NCBI GenBank assembly: GCA_964014945.1
Contig: CAXHCC010000001.1
Span: 1-40,400, forward strand
DNA from: an uncultured bacterium
GTDB lineage: Bacteria; Bacteroidota; Bacteroidia; 2-12-FULL-35-15
Direction: 5' to 3'
DNA: 40,400 nt
Shown: positions 1-8,587 of the stretch, piece by piece
Numbering within the stretch: the stretch's first letter is position 1
Layout of the letters: the number at the start of each line of letters is the position of its first letter
Translations under genes and position numbers: made by a program
The notes under the pieces: model-generated
The model's database searches: none
What the model was told of the DNA's origin: nothing
The model's input: only the letters and a program-made list of their open reading frames with translations

Positions 1-1577
1 TCTTAAACGGAAGTTATACGTGGAGCCATGATGGTGCTGGCACCTTAAGTGGAGGTGGTACCTTAATGCCAAGCTATCAATCTACCACTGCAGAAGGTGG
101 TAGCGTAGTTACCTTAACCTTAACGGTTATAGGTACAGCTAATTGTATTACTGAAAGTTCTACAGCCACCTATCCTATTACTATTTTGGACTTGCCTACA
201 GGTGATATAAGCGGTACTGCTGGGGCTTGTCAAGGAGATCCAGATGAAACAATTACCTTCTCTTCTAATGCTGGTTTAGCACCGTACACCTATACCTATA
301 CACTTAATGGTGGTGGCCCAATTACATTACCTGCTGGTAATTCTACTGTTCCTCAACCTACAACTACGGGTGGTACGTTTGTGTATGCCTTGCAAAGTGT
401 TACAGATAACAATGGTTGTACAAGTTTACCGTATAGTACTACACCAGAAGCTACCATAACGGTGAGTAGCAAACCTACTGCTAGTATTGGTGTGTCTTCT
501 TCTACTGCTTGTCAAAACAATCCTGCCCAATTAATTCTAAGTGGCAATGTTGGTTCTGGAACATTTACCTATACCTACGATGATGGTACTGGAACTCAAA
601 CCGTATCGTCTATTAGTCCAGGTAAAAATGCTGTTATTGGTGTCAACACCTCAGCTATTGGCCCAACCACCTATAGCTTATTATCAGTTAGTGATGATAG
701 TGGCTGCGCAACTACCTACACCAACACAACTGCCGCAATTACGGTTACAGCATTACCAAACGCTACCATTATGGGGGGTGGTATACCAATTTGTCAAGAC
801 AGCACTGGCGCTGCTACTGAAATAAAACTGGGCGCCTCAGGAGGAGCATCTCCTTATACCGTTGAGTACAAAGTAAATGGTGAGGAGGCTAACCCTGTAA
901 GTCTTAACCCTGCTACCGACTCATTAACCATTAATGTATACACCAGTGCTGCGGGCACATTTGATTACACCCTACAAAAGGTAACCGATAATAATGGTTG
1001 TGAGCAAAATATAACTGGACAAAAAGCCACCATTACTGTGGTAGAAAATCCACTTCCAGAGTTTACAGTTAATCCACAAAGTACCACCATATTGGAGCCA
1101 ACAGTAGAGATTGTTGAAAGCTCATTACAAACGGTGAGCTGGAGTTGGGATTTTGGTGATGGCACTACAAGTAATAGTCCTACGCCGGAAGAACATAAGT
1201 ATTTAGATTCGGGTAGCTATGCGATTAAGCTGGTTGTAGAAAATAGTTTAGGTTGTACAGATTCTATTGTACGTACTGTAAAAGTAACAACGCCATTATT
1301 GGTGTATCTACCAGATGCCTTTACGCCTAACGAGGATGGGATTAATGATGTATTCTTACCAAAAGGGGAAGGCATAATAGAGTATAGCATGAAGATTTAC
1401 GACCGTTGGGGTAACCTTATATTCATAACCGACGATATTAATAAAGGTTGGGACGGTATAGTAGACGGTGGCTCTGAAGTTTCTATGCAAGACGTGTACG
1501 TATATGTGGTAGAAGTTACTTCATCTGCAACACAGCAAACCAACGTGTATCGGGGCACTTTTGAATTGATTCGTTAA
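1..1577 (+). CDS. Cell-surface adhesin-like protein, 5'-truncated by the window edge: Ig/PKD-like modules, one PKD domain and a T9SS type B (gliding-motility/CHU_C-type) C-terminal sorting domain
   Basis: The frame is open from nt 3 (LNGSYTWSHDGAGTLSGGGTL precedes the tracked Met at 66), so the true start lies upstream of the window. It has ~90-aa Cys-bracketed modules with an xPYT(F/Y)xY motif. PKD signature: WSWDFGDGTTS...GSYAIKLVV. The C-terminus LPDAFTPNEDGINDVF...YDRWGNLIF...GWDG is typical of the type B T9SS sorting domain. Confidence 0.85.
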   Translation, partial: LNGSYTWSHDGAGTLSGGGTLMPSYQSTTAEGGSVVTLTLTVIGTANCITESSTATYPITILDLPTGDISGTAGACQGDPDETITFSSNAGLAPYTYTYTLNGGGPITLPAGNSTVPQPTTTGGTFVYALQSVTDNNGCTSLPYSTTPEATITVSSKPTASIGVSSSTACQNNPAQLILSGNVGSGTFTYTYDDGTGTQTVSSISPGKNAVIGVNTSAIGPTTYSLLSVSDDSGCATTYTNTTAAITVTALPNATIMGGGIPICQDSTGAATEIKLGASGGASPYTVEYKVNGEEANPVSLNPATDSLTINVYTSAAGTFDYTLQKVTDNNGCEQNITGQKATITVVENPLPEFTVNPQSTTILEPTVEIVESSLQTVSWSWDFGDGTTSNSPTPEEHKYLDSGSYAIKLVVENSLGCTDSIVRTVKVTTPLLVYLPDAFTPNEDGINDVFLPKGEGIIEYSMKIYDRWGNLIFITDDINKGWDGIVDGGSEVSMQDVYVYVVEVTSSATQQTNVYRGTFELIR

Positions 1578-1612
1578 CGCTTAATTGACGCTAATTACTC
1601 GCCAATAACTTA

Positions 1613-1620
1613 CCCCCCCC
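1613..1620. repeat. C8 homopolymer tract in the intergenic region between the two adhesin genes
   Basis: Direct read of tacccccccca. It ends 14 nt upstream of a TAnnTTTG-like box. Confidence 0.95.
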
Positions 1621-1634
1621 ATAAGTGCCAAAAA

Positions 1635-1642
1635 TACATTTG
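1635..1642 (+). promoter_or_regulatory. Candidate Bacteroidota sigma-A -7 box (TACATTTG) for the second adhesin gene
   Basis: Matches the TAnnTTTG consensus. No clean TTTG -33 element is present, because the C8 tract occupies that position. The box is about 105 nt upstream of the annotated GTG start. Confidence 0.35.
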
Positions 1643-1747
1643 TAAGAACGTGTAAATCAGGTCAAAAGGTGTTCAAAAATTGATTATCTTCGATGGGCTA
1701 AAAAAAGCCTGCTTATCAGGCCAATAAAAATTTAAACCAATGCTTAG

Positions 1748-4700
1748 GTGAACGCATTACTCGTTTTGCATACAAAAAATATATTGCGCAAGTTTATTGC
1801 AATATGTTGCTCTGTATTGTTGGGCATAAATGCACATGCGCAATGTTCACTTAACGTGGACTTTAATACCTGGGTGCAAGAAGGAGATCCCGCCAATGGC
1901 AATTGGACCGTAGGTGGAGGTGGCGCAAACGTTTCGCAATCAATTAACGGCGAACCAACTTTTTTTGTAAGTCCACAAAACTTTATAAATGTGGAAATGA
2001 CCGGTAAAATGCGCACAACCGATAACGATGATGACTATATGGGGGTGGTGTTTGGCTATAAAGCACCGGTTGGTAACTCTACTGTTTTTGATACTTGGTT
2101 GGTTGACTGGAAAGAAGAAACCAGCGGTACAGCTGGAGGTAACGAAGGCCTATCTTTAGTTCGGATAAATGGTGATGTTGCTGGACAATATAACCCCTAT
2201 TTCTGGGGGCACAACAGCGACGCTATTTTTAATGTAGTAGATACGGATCATGGTGCAGGAAAAGGCTGGGTTAGAAATCGGACACATGAAATTAAGGTGG
2301 TGTTTACCCTAACCAACATAATTGTTATTGTTGATAGCGACACCGTATTTAAGCATTCTGGTTGTTTTGAACCTGGCCGTTTTGGTTTTTATAACTATTC
2401 TCAAAAAAACGTAACCTACTCCGATTTTGATTACAAGCTAAAAGCCGACTTTAGCGTACTTACCCCTGTTATTTGTTTAGACGATTCTGCAAAGTTTTTA
2501 TCCGTTTGTGGTGTTATACCTGCCAATATAGCTACCTGGGATTGGGATTTTGGTGATGGCACTACCAGCAACCTGCATAACCCCGCACATAAATTCAACA
2601 CCCCAGGTACACATAATATTAAATTGGTATTAACCGATCTTAATGGCTGTAAAGATAGTTTAACAAAAAGTGTATTGGTTAAACCCTTACCGCAAGTAAG
2701 CCTAAGCAACAATATTACAGCTTGCCTTGGCGATGCAGCCCCAAACGTTACCTTCACGGGCGCCAATGCTGTAGCCCCTTATACTTTTTATTATCAGTTA
2801 AATGGCGCTGCGCAACCAGCAGCTGTTTCCACTGGTAATACAAGCACCTTTACCGTTTCAACCGTTGCTCCCACTACACAAATGTATACGCTCGACAGTG
2901 TACAAGCCAGCAATGGCTGTAGTCAAACACAACTAGATACAACAACTGTTAGCGTTAACAGCTCACCAACCGCCACCATTAGCGGAACAACTGTTTTATG
3001 TGCAACCGCCGGCACTACAGATATAACGTTCTCCGCTTCCAACGGAACGCCACCTTATACCTTTTCGTATACTGACCCAACGGGTGCACCCCAAACCATT
3101 TTAAGCTCGGGCACCACTACCCTGGTACCACAGTCAACAACTACAGCTGGTGTTTATACCTACTCGCTCACCAACATAAGCGATGCCAATAACTGCGGCC
3201 AAGCAAGTACTGGAGCAGCTACAGTTACCGTTAACAGCATTCCTACTGCAAGCATAACGGGTGGCACTACCGTTTGTACCAATGCACCATCGCCCAACAT
3301 TACCTTTACTGCAAGTAATGGTACGCCTCCATATACGTTTACGTATAATACAGGCGGCGGTAATATAGCCCTTTCTTCACCCTTAACATCTACCCTACTA
3401 AGCCTGCCTACAGCAACGGCTGGCACCGTTAATTACAACCTAGTTCGTGTAGAAGATGCTAATACCTGTGCACAAACACTATCGGCTACAGAAACTGTTA
3501 CGGTAATGCCTTTACTTTCTGCAACAGTTACTTCTTCTGTTCCAGACATTTGTCAGGGACAAGCTACTAGCTGGAACCTATCTGCTAGTGCGGGAACGGC
3601 TCCTTATACCTTTACCTACCGCATTGACTCCTTAAACGCCAATAATAGCTCTACAGGTACCATTACGGCTACAAGCTCTACAACAGTTGTAGCTTCGCCC
3701 AATACCTACGACGATACATTAGAATTAACCATAACTGGCTTAAGTGATGCCAGCGGATTTAGTTGCCCTACCGCCTCAACGGCTAGCGACAGGCTCATCA
3801 TTAATGCCATACCATCTTCTATAATTAGTGCCTCATTGGGTAATGTTTGCGAAGGCGTAGGAGGTACACAAACCATTACCTTCGACGCAAGTGCCAACCC
3901 TAGTTTGCCTACACCGGTAACCTTTAATTATTACTATACGATAGATGGCGGCGCCCCTGTTAACGGCAGTGTTACCAGCAACCCTGGCGACCTTACCGCT
4001 ACTACAACCTATAATGTGCCTTTAACGGCAAGCCGCACTATTTTTTATAATCAAACGGTTTCTAACTCTACCTGTGGTGGTGGTATTGGTGGAGGATCTG
4101 ATACCATTGATGTATACCCATTACCAACAGCTACCATTATTGGCACTGCCGCCATTTGCGAAACAGGTGCTACTAATATTACATTTACCGGTGCTACTGG
4201 TACGCCTCCTTATACCTTTACCTATAACATTAACGGTGCAGGCAGCTATACCATAACAACCACTGCTGGCAACAGCAGTGTTGATTTGCCGGTTAGCAAT
4301 GTACCCGGCACCTATGCCTACAACCTAGTTGCTGTAAGCGACCAAAAAGGCTGTAGCAATGCACAAACTGGTGCCGCCACCGTTACGATAGACCCATTGC
4401 CAACATTAACAGTGCCAGGCGGGCCCGATACTATTTGTGTGGATAATACCTTAAACATAACAACGGCAAGTAGCAGCAATAGTGCTATTGCATGGACGAG
4501 CAACGGCGCAGGTAACATTAGCAATGCTAACACCATTTCGCCAACTTACAACCCCGCTCCTGCTGATGGCGAAATGCTTGTTACTTTAACGGTTACAATA
4601 AACGGCATTGCAGCATGTTCCAATGCCAACCCCTTAAGCGGCACACATAGGATTTATATTGATAGCTTACCTGCTGCAAGCATAACAAAGAGTAACGCTA

Positions 4701-6301
4701 TTTGCGCAGGAGAAACTGTAAGCTTAGTACAAGGAGACGCTTACTTCAGGCATGGTAGCATCACGTGGACGCATAACGGATTTGGAGCTCCTATAACAAG
4801 CACTGGCTTAACACCCGTGTACACCTCCACTACTACTGAAGGTGGTAATACTGTAACACTTACTATGACGGTTGATGGGCAAGGCGCTTGTAGTACTGCG
4901 CAAGCAACAGCCACCTACCCTCTTACCATTTATGAATTACCTGCCGGAACGGTAAGTGGTGGCACTACCCTTTGTGTGGATGATGCGGCGCCTAGTATTG
5001 CGTTTACCGCCAATGCAGGACAAGCCCCTTATACTTTTCATTACACTAAAAATGGTTTTGATACAACCATGGCAACACCACCCTATACCATTACCCAGCC
5101 AACCAGTATAAGTGGTAATTTTATGTATACGCTTAATAGCATTGTGGATGCCAACAACTGTACTAGCCTTCCGTTTAGTGCTAAGCCTAGCACCACGGTG
5201 GTGGTAAATAACAACCCGAAAGGCGCCTTTGAGCTATCCAGCAAAACCGCTTGCCAAAACAGTCCTGCACAACTCATTTTTACGGGTAATGATGGCTATG
5301 GTAACTATACCTATACCTATTCATTAAATGGTGGCGCAAGCAATACCGTAACAACTATTAATAATAACAGCACAGCAGTGGTTGGTATAAACACCTCAGC
5401 ACAGGGTATACAACCGTATATGCTAACACGGGTTAGCGATGAAAACAATTGCTTTACAACGTATACCCAAGGCGACACCCTGCTAATACACCCATTACCT
5501 TATGCAAGCATTAGTGGCGATACCACCATTTGTAAAGACAGTACTGTGCAAGATATTATCTTGAGCGCTGGCAATGGCAAAGCGCCGTATGACATGGTTT
5601 ATACCCTTAATAACAACTCCGCTAGCGTTACAACAGCAACAAGTGATAGCGTTGTTTCTGTACCAGCAAACAATAACCAAGCGGGCATCTTTGTATATGC
5701 ATTAAAAAGTGTAACCGATGCCAATAACTGTAAACAAAATGTTTCAGGCAGAGTAACCATTAACGTAGTTGAAAATGCCCTTGCAAGTTTTGATTTAGCC
5801 GAAAACAGCAGCACTATAATTGAGCCTTTTGCCCATATTTACGAGAGCTCTATAAATGCCGTAAGTTGGCAATGGAATTTTGATGATGGTATTACTTCTA
5901 ACAGTCCCGACCCACAAACACACATATACAACGATACAGGCGCTTATACCATACATTTGGTAGTTGCCAATAGTTTGGGTTGTTTTGATTCTGTAAGCCA
6001 TATTATGCACATTACACAACCCATATTGCTATATATACCAGAAGCTTTTACGCCTAACGGCGATGGCATTAACGATACGTTTGCTCCTAAAGGGGATGGT
6101 ATTGGCGAATACCTGCTGCACATTTATGATAGGTGGGGCAACTTAATTTTTGTTAGTGATGATATAAATAAGGGCTGGGATGGTACGGCAAATGATGGCA
6201 CCGAAATAGCCCAAATAGATACCTACATATATGTAGTAGAAGCCGAAGACATTAACAACAAAACCTATACCTACCGCGGCGTGTTTAATTTGGTTAAATA
6301 G
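1748..6301 (+). CDS. Giant T9SS type B-sorted adhesin: signal peptide, TSP_C/ConA-like lectin-type domain, PKD domain, about 10 Ig/PKD-like PYTF modules, second PKD domain, type B sorting domain
   Basis: A 1517-aa ORF with signal peptide ...CCSVLLGINAHAQ. The start could be GTG 1748 or TTG 1784 (MRKFIAICC...). PKD motifs: WDWDFGDGTTS and WQWNFDDGITS. Repeated C...(P/A)PYTFxY...C modules. The C-terminus IPEAFTPNGDGINDTF...YDRWGNLIF...GWDG is a type B CTD. The last ~500 aa are collinear with the upstream ORF. Confidence 0.9.
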   Translation: MNALLVLHTKNILRKFIAICCSVLLGINAHAQCSLNVDFNTWVQEGDPANGNWTVGGGGANVSQSINGEPTFFVSPQNFINVEMTGKMRTTDNDDDYMGVVFGYKAPVGNSTVFDTWLVDWKEETSGTAGGNEGLSLVRINGDVAGQYNPYFWGHNSDAIFNVVDTDHGAGKGWVRNRTHEIKVVFTLTNIIVIVDSDTVFKHSGCFEPGRFGFYNYSQKNVTYSDFDYKLKADFSVLTPVICLDDSAKFLSVCGVIPANIATWDWDFGDGTTSNLHNPAHKFNTPGTHNIKLVLTDLNGCKDSLTKSVLVKPLPQVSLSNNITACLGDAAPNVTFTGANAVAPYTFYYQLNGAAQPAAVSTGNTSTFTVSTVAPTTQMYTLDSVQASNGCSQTQLDTTTVSVNSSPTATISGTTVLCATAGTTDITFSASNGTPPYTFSYTDPTGAPQTILSSGTTTLVPQSTTTAGVYTYSLTNISDANNCGQASTGAATVTVNSIPTASITGGTTVCTNAPSPNITFTASNGTPPYTFTYNTGGGNIALSSPLTSTLLSLPTATAGTVNYNLVRVEDANTCAQTLSATETVTVMPLLSATVTSSVPDICQGQATSWNLSASAGTAPYTFTYRIDSLNANNSSTGTITATSSTTVVASPNTYDDTLELTITGLSDASGFSCPTASTASDRLIINAIPSSIISASLGNVCEGVGGTQTITFDASANPSLPTPVTFNYYYTIDGGAPVNGSVTSNPGDLTATTTYNVPLTASRTIFYNQTVSNSTCGGGIGGGSDTIDVYPLPTATIIGTAAICETGATNITFTGATGTPPYTFTYNINGAGSYTITTTAGNSSVDLPVSNVPGTYAYNLVAVSDQKGCSNAQTGAATVTIDPLPTLTVPGGPDTICVDNTLNITTASSSNSAIAWTSNGAGNISNANTISPTYNPAPADGEMLVTLTVTINGIAACSNANPLSGTHRIYIDSLPAASITKSNAICAGETVSLVQGDAYFRHGSITWTHNGFGAPITSTGLTPVYTSTTTEGGNTVTLTMTVDGQGACSTAQATATYPLTIYELPAGTVSGGTTLCVDDAAPSIAFTANAGQAPYTFHYTKNGFDTTMATPPYTITQPTSISGNFMYTLNSIVDANNCTSLPFSAKPSTTVVVNNNPKGAFELSSKTACQNSPAQLIFTGNDGYGNYTYTYSLNGGASNTVTTINNNSTAVVGINTSAQGIQPYMLTRVSDENNCFTTYTQGDTLLIHPLPYASISGDTTICKDSTVQDIILSAGNGKAPYDMVYTLNNNSASVTTATSDSVVSVPANNNQAGIFVYALKSVTDANNCKQNVSGRVTINVVENALASFDLAENSSTIIEPFAHIYESSINAVSWQWNFDDGITSNSPDPQTHIYNDTGAYTIHLVVANSLGCFDSVSHIMHITQPILLYIPEAFTPNGDGINDTFAPKGDGIGEYLLHIYDRWGNLIFVSDDINKGWDGTANDGTEIAQIDTYIYVVEAEDINNKTYTYRGVFNLVK

Positions 6302-6370
6302 AAGTTAGAATTTAGGAGACAGGAGATAGTAGGAAGTAGATAGTAGAAGGACGTACAACCCATTAGAACC

Positions 6371-6468
6371 GTCATTGCGAGGAGCTTTTGCGACGCGGCA
6401 ATCTCCTCTTCGGAATAAACAGATTGCCACGCTGCGCCTGCCTGCCGGCGAGGCAGGCTCGCAATGAC
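6371..6468. repeat. REP-like nested inverted-repeat element
   Basis: Outer arms are gtcattgcgag (6371-6381) and ctcgcaatgac (6458-6468). Inner arms are ggcaatct / agattgcc and cctgcc / ggcagg. The sequence type (cattgcgag...gcaatct) resembles short palindromic repeats common in Bacteroidota intergenic DNA. Confidence 0.7.
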
Positions 6469-6635
6469 GAACAAATCATTCTTCCGAAGCCCAATCGGCA
6501 TTGAAGAAATCGGGAGGAATTTAAAACAGTTCCTTTAGTTAAGATGGGAAGCGCTCAGCTTGGCTGAGTGATCACCCAGCTTACTTAGGAAATGTAAAGA
6601 ATGACGACTGATTTATTCACAGCCTTGCCCTTTTG

Positions 6636-6661
6636 TTTCTTTTGTGGCAAGACAAAAGAAA
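6636..6661. terminator. Perfect 10-bp stem / 6-nt loop hairpin between convergent genes (possible bidirectional terminator)
   Basis: tttcttttgt-ggcaag-acaaaagaaa, with A/T-rich flanks on both sides. Confidence 0.4.
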
Positions 6662-6724
6662 AGAATAAACATTGCGAAGAACAATTCAAATAACACCCGT
6701 TTCCAAATTGAACCAGATACCCTC

Positions 6725-6860
6725 CTACGGCGGGCAGGCTTTCGCTTTGCTCAGCATGACAAAATAATGAACACTACCCCTGCTTAGTATGACATCCTGA
6801 GGTATGAAGCCCAACCGCTCAACCGGCCATTGAGCGGAGTCGAAATGTGCCGAAACGCAC
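6725..6860. repeat. Second cluster of REP-like elements (catgctgagc / tcgactccgctca type)
   Basis: Hairpin cgctcaa-ccggcca-ttgagcg at 6816-6836. The minus-strand pseudo-translation gives VMLSKAKACPP and HFDSAQWPVER, a typical artefact of such repeats. Confidence 0.6.
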
Positions 6861-6863
6861 TCC

Positions 6864-7604
6864 CTAATGCGCACACCCTTCCGAATGCTCATGCTCCTTT
6901 TCAGCAGGCGCCAAGTCATGCATGTCCTTCAAAATAGCAACAAACTCCTCTTTGCTTAAGTACTTTTGCGCTAGTGGAAACAAGGTAGTATCCTCTCTAA
7001 AAATGTGGAGTTTTAATAATTCTACTAATTCTTTGGCATTGTTAAAGGCCACATCATAAGTAAACATTTGCGATTGCTCATCCCTAAAACGTGGTGCTAA
7101 ACCTAAAAAGTTAAACACCAAAGTACCTAACTGAATAAACTTAATATGGTCGTCTTCCATCATGTCAATGGCCGTTACCACCTCCCCTTCACTTTTAGGA
7201 CTGTGCTCTCCGTTTTCAATGAGTTTTTTATGCAAAATAGGAAACAAGGTTTTTTCTTCCTTGCGGTTATGCGGCATTAAGTCCCCATCAAAAAACTCAA
7301 AAAAAGCTTTAAAATCTAGGTTAATGGCATCGTCTAATTTATAGCCGTTTTCTTTAAAGGCCACCAATGCTTTTTCAAAGGTGTCAATTATTTCCGTAGC
7401 ATGTTCATGCTCCTTTTTAAGCAACAATAAACTTTCGTCTAGCTGTTCATCCGTTACTTGTTCAACGGTAGGTGCTGCATAAGCTTCTGGTGGATCCATG
7501 GGCGAATTTTCATTCGCTATATCCATTGCATCTTTTTCGGGGTTGCCCTTAACAGGGTCTACTTTTTTTGCGCGTATTAGGTCTTCTCTTTTTACTTTTC
7601 TCAT
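6864..7604 (-). CDS. Hemerythrin-like (HHE cation-binding) domain protein
   Basis: Motifs MPHNRKEEKTLFPILH, DDHIKF and HIFREDTTLFPLA fit the hemerythrin HHE pattern. The N-terminal ~70 aa are low-complexity. Confidence 0.7.
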   Translation of the reverse strand: MRKVKREDLIRAKKVDPVKGNPEKDAMDIANENSPMDPPEAYAAPTVEQVTDEQLDESLLLLKKEHEHATEIIDTFEKALVAFKENGYKLDDAINLDFKAFFEFFDGDLMPHNRKEEKTLFPILHKKLIENGEHSPKSEGEVVTAIDMMEDDHIKFIQLGTLVFNFLGLAPRFRDEQSQMFTYDVAFNNAKELVELLKLHIFREDTTLFPLAQKYLSKEEFVAILKDMHDLAPAEKEHEHSEGCAH

Positions 7605-7716
7605 GCCATAAAGATAATTGCAATTCAGGCAAAATGTACCGCCATTTTGGTGATCTTAATCACCTAATGAGGTGTATTATAATCATGTAGAATAAAAACG
7701 CAAACACATTAATTTG

Positions 7717-7724
7717 TATTTTTG
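7717..7724 (+). promoter_or_regulatory. Candidate -7 box TATTTTTG upstream of the MORN-repeat gene
   Basis: TAnnTTTG match 30 nt upstream of ATG 7754. Confidence 0.35.
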
Positions 7725-7753
7725 CAAGCACCATAACACTGCTTTGTTTTACC

Positions 7754-8134
7754 ATGGCCTACTCCTATAATAGCAAACACAAGGTAATCACCGCCTTACT
7801 TTTTATTGGCTGGGCTATATTTAGTTTTGTGCTTAAAGGCGATGGCGAAACCGAATATAAAAACGGACAAAAAAAGCGGGTAGGCAATGTAAGCGCCCAT
7901 AAAAACAACGGCGTTTTTGTGTGGTATTACCCCAACGGTAAAAAAAACATGCAAGGCAATTTTGTGGATGGCAAACGCGAAGGCAAATGGATTACTTGGG
8001 ACAGGCAAGGCAATAAAGTAGTAGAGTGCGAATACACCAACGATAAATTAAACGGCTTGTACACGGCATGGAATGCCAATAAAGAAATTACCTTTCAAAA
8101 AACATACGCCAACGATGTAATTGTGGGCAATTAA
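7754..8134 (+). CDS. Membrane-anchored MORN-repeat-variant protein (YwqK-like family)
   Basis: N-terminal TM segment VITALLFIGWAIFSFVL. Repeated G..xG.W..(Y/W)..NG.K units: NGVFVWYYPNGKK, DGKREGKWITWDRQGNK, NDKLNGLYTAWNAN. Confidence 0.7.
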   Translation: MAYSYNSKHKVITALLFIGWAIFSFVLKGDGETEYKNGQKKRVGNVSAHKNNGVFVWYYPNGKKNMQGNFVDGKREGKWITWDRQGNKVVECEYTNDKLNGLYTAWNANKEITFQKTYANDVIVGN

Positions 8135-8143
8135 AAACAACAC

Positions 8144-8341
8144 ATGGACGAAGCCTTTGACCCCGAAAAAATAACCGGCTATTTAGTAAAACCTTATAGT
8201 CAATTGGTAGATTTAATTGGCAAAGAAAAAGCACAAGCCTTGGCGGTTAATTGCGATTATAATTACCATACCATCAGCGGCAAGGTAACCGACCTTACCC
8301 TTAATGACCTGTTTTTTAATTTACCTAAAGATCATATTTAG
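8144..8341 (+). CDS. Hypothetical small protein (65 aa)
   Basis: ORF only. It starts 10 nt after the MORN gene on the same strand. No recognisable motif. Confidence 0.4.
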   Translation: MDEAFDPEKITGYLVKPYSQLVDLIGKEKAQALAVNCDYNYHTISGKVTDLTLNDLFFNLPKDHI

Positions 8342-8587
8342 GCAAGCCCAATTGCTGTAAATTCTTTCCAGTTTCTTTTTTGCGCTCTCAAAACGCCCTA
8401 TTTACAGGCCTTTTGGAGTTCGGACTTTTCTTAGATGTTTTTTGTAACCCTAGCACTTGGGGCTGCGTTAAGGGATATTTAAAAAGCAAATTAACTGCTA
8501 GCAGTATGATAGAAATATATGCAATTGTGTATATACAGATGTTGGCATTAATGTAAAATGACAAAACAAGATAATACCGAACGGTAA

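Noticed and set aside
541-5814. Numerous 60-110-aa ORFs on both strands inside the two adhesin genes
   Set aside because: All are embedded in long ORFs with strong domain evidence. Their products are Leu/Val/Ala/Pro-rich alternate-frame or antisense translations of Thr/Gly/Ala-rich repeats.
6271-6919. Minus-strand ORFs 6271-6501 and 6725-6919 in the convergent intergenic region
   Set aside because: Both run through hairpin/REP-like elements and give characteristic repeat-derived pseudo-peptides (VMLSKAKACPP, HFDSAQWPVER). The second also overlaps the 3' end of the hemerythrin gene. There are no start-context or domain signals.
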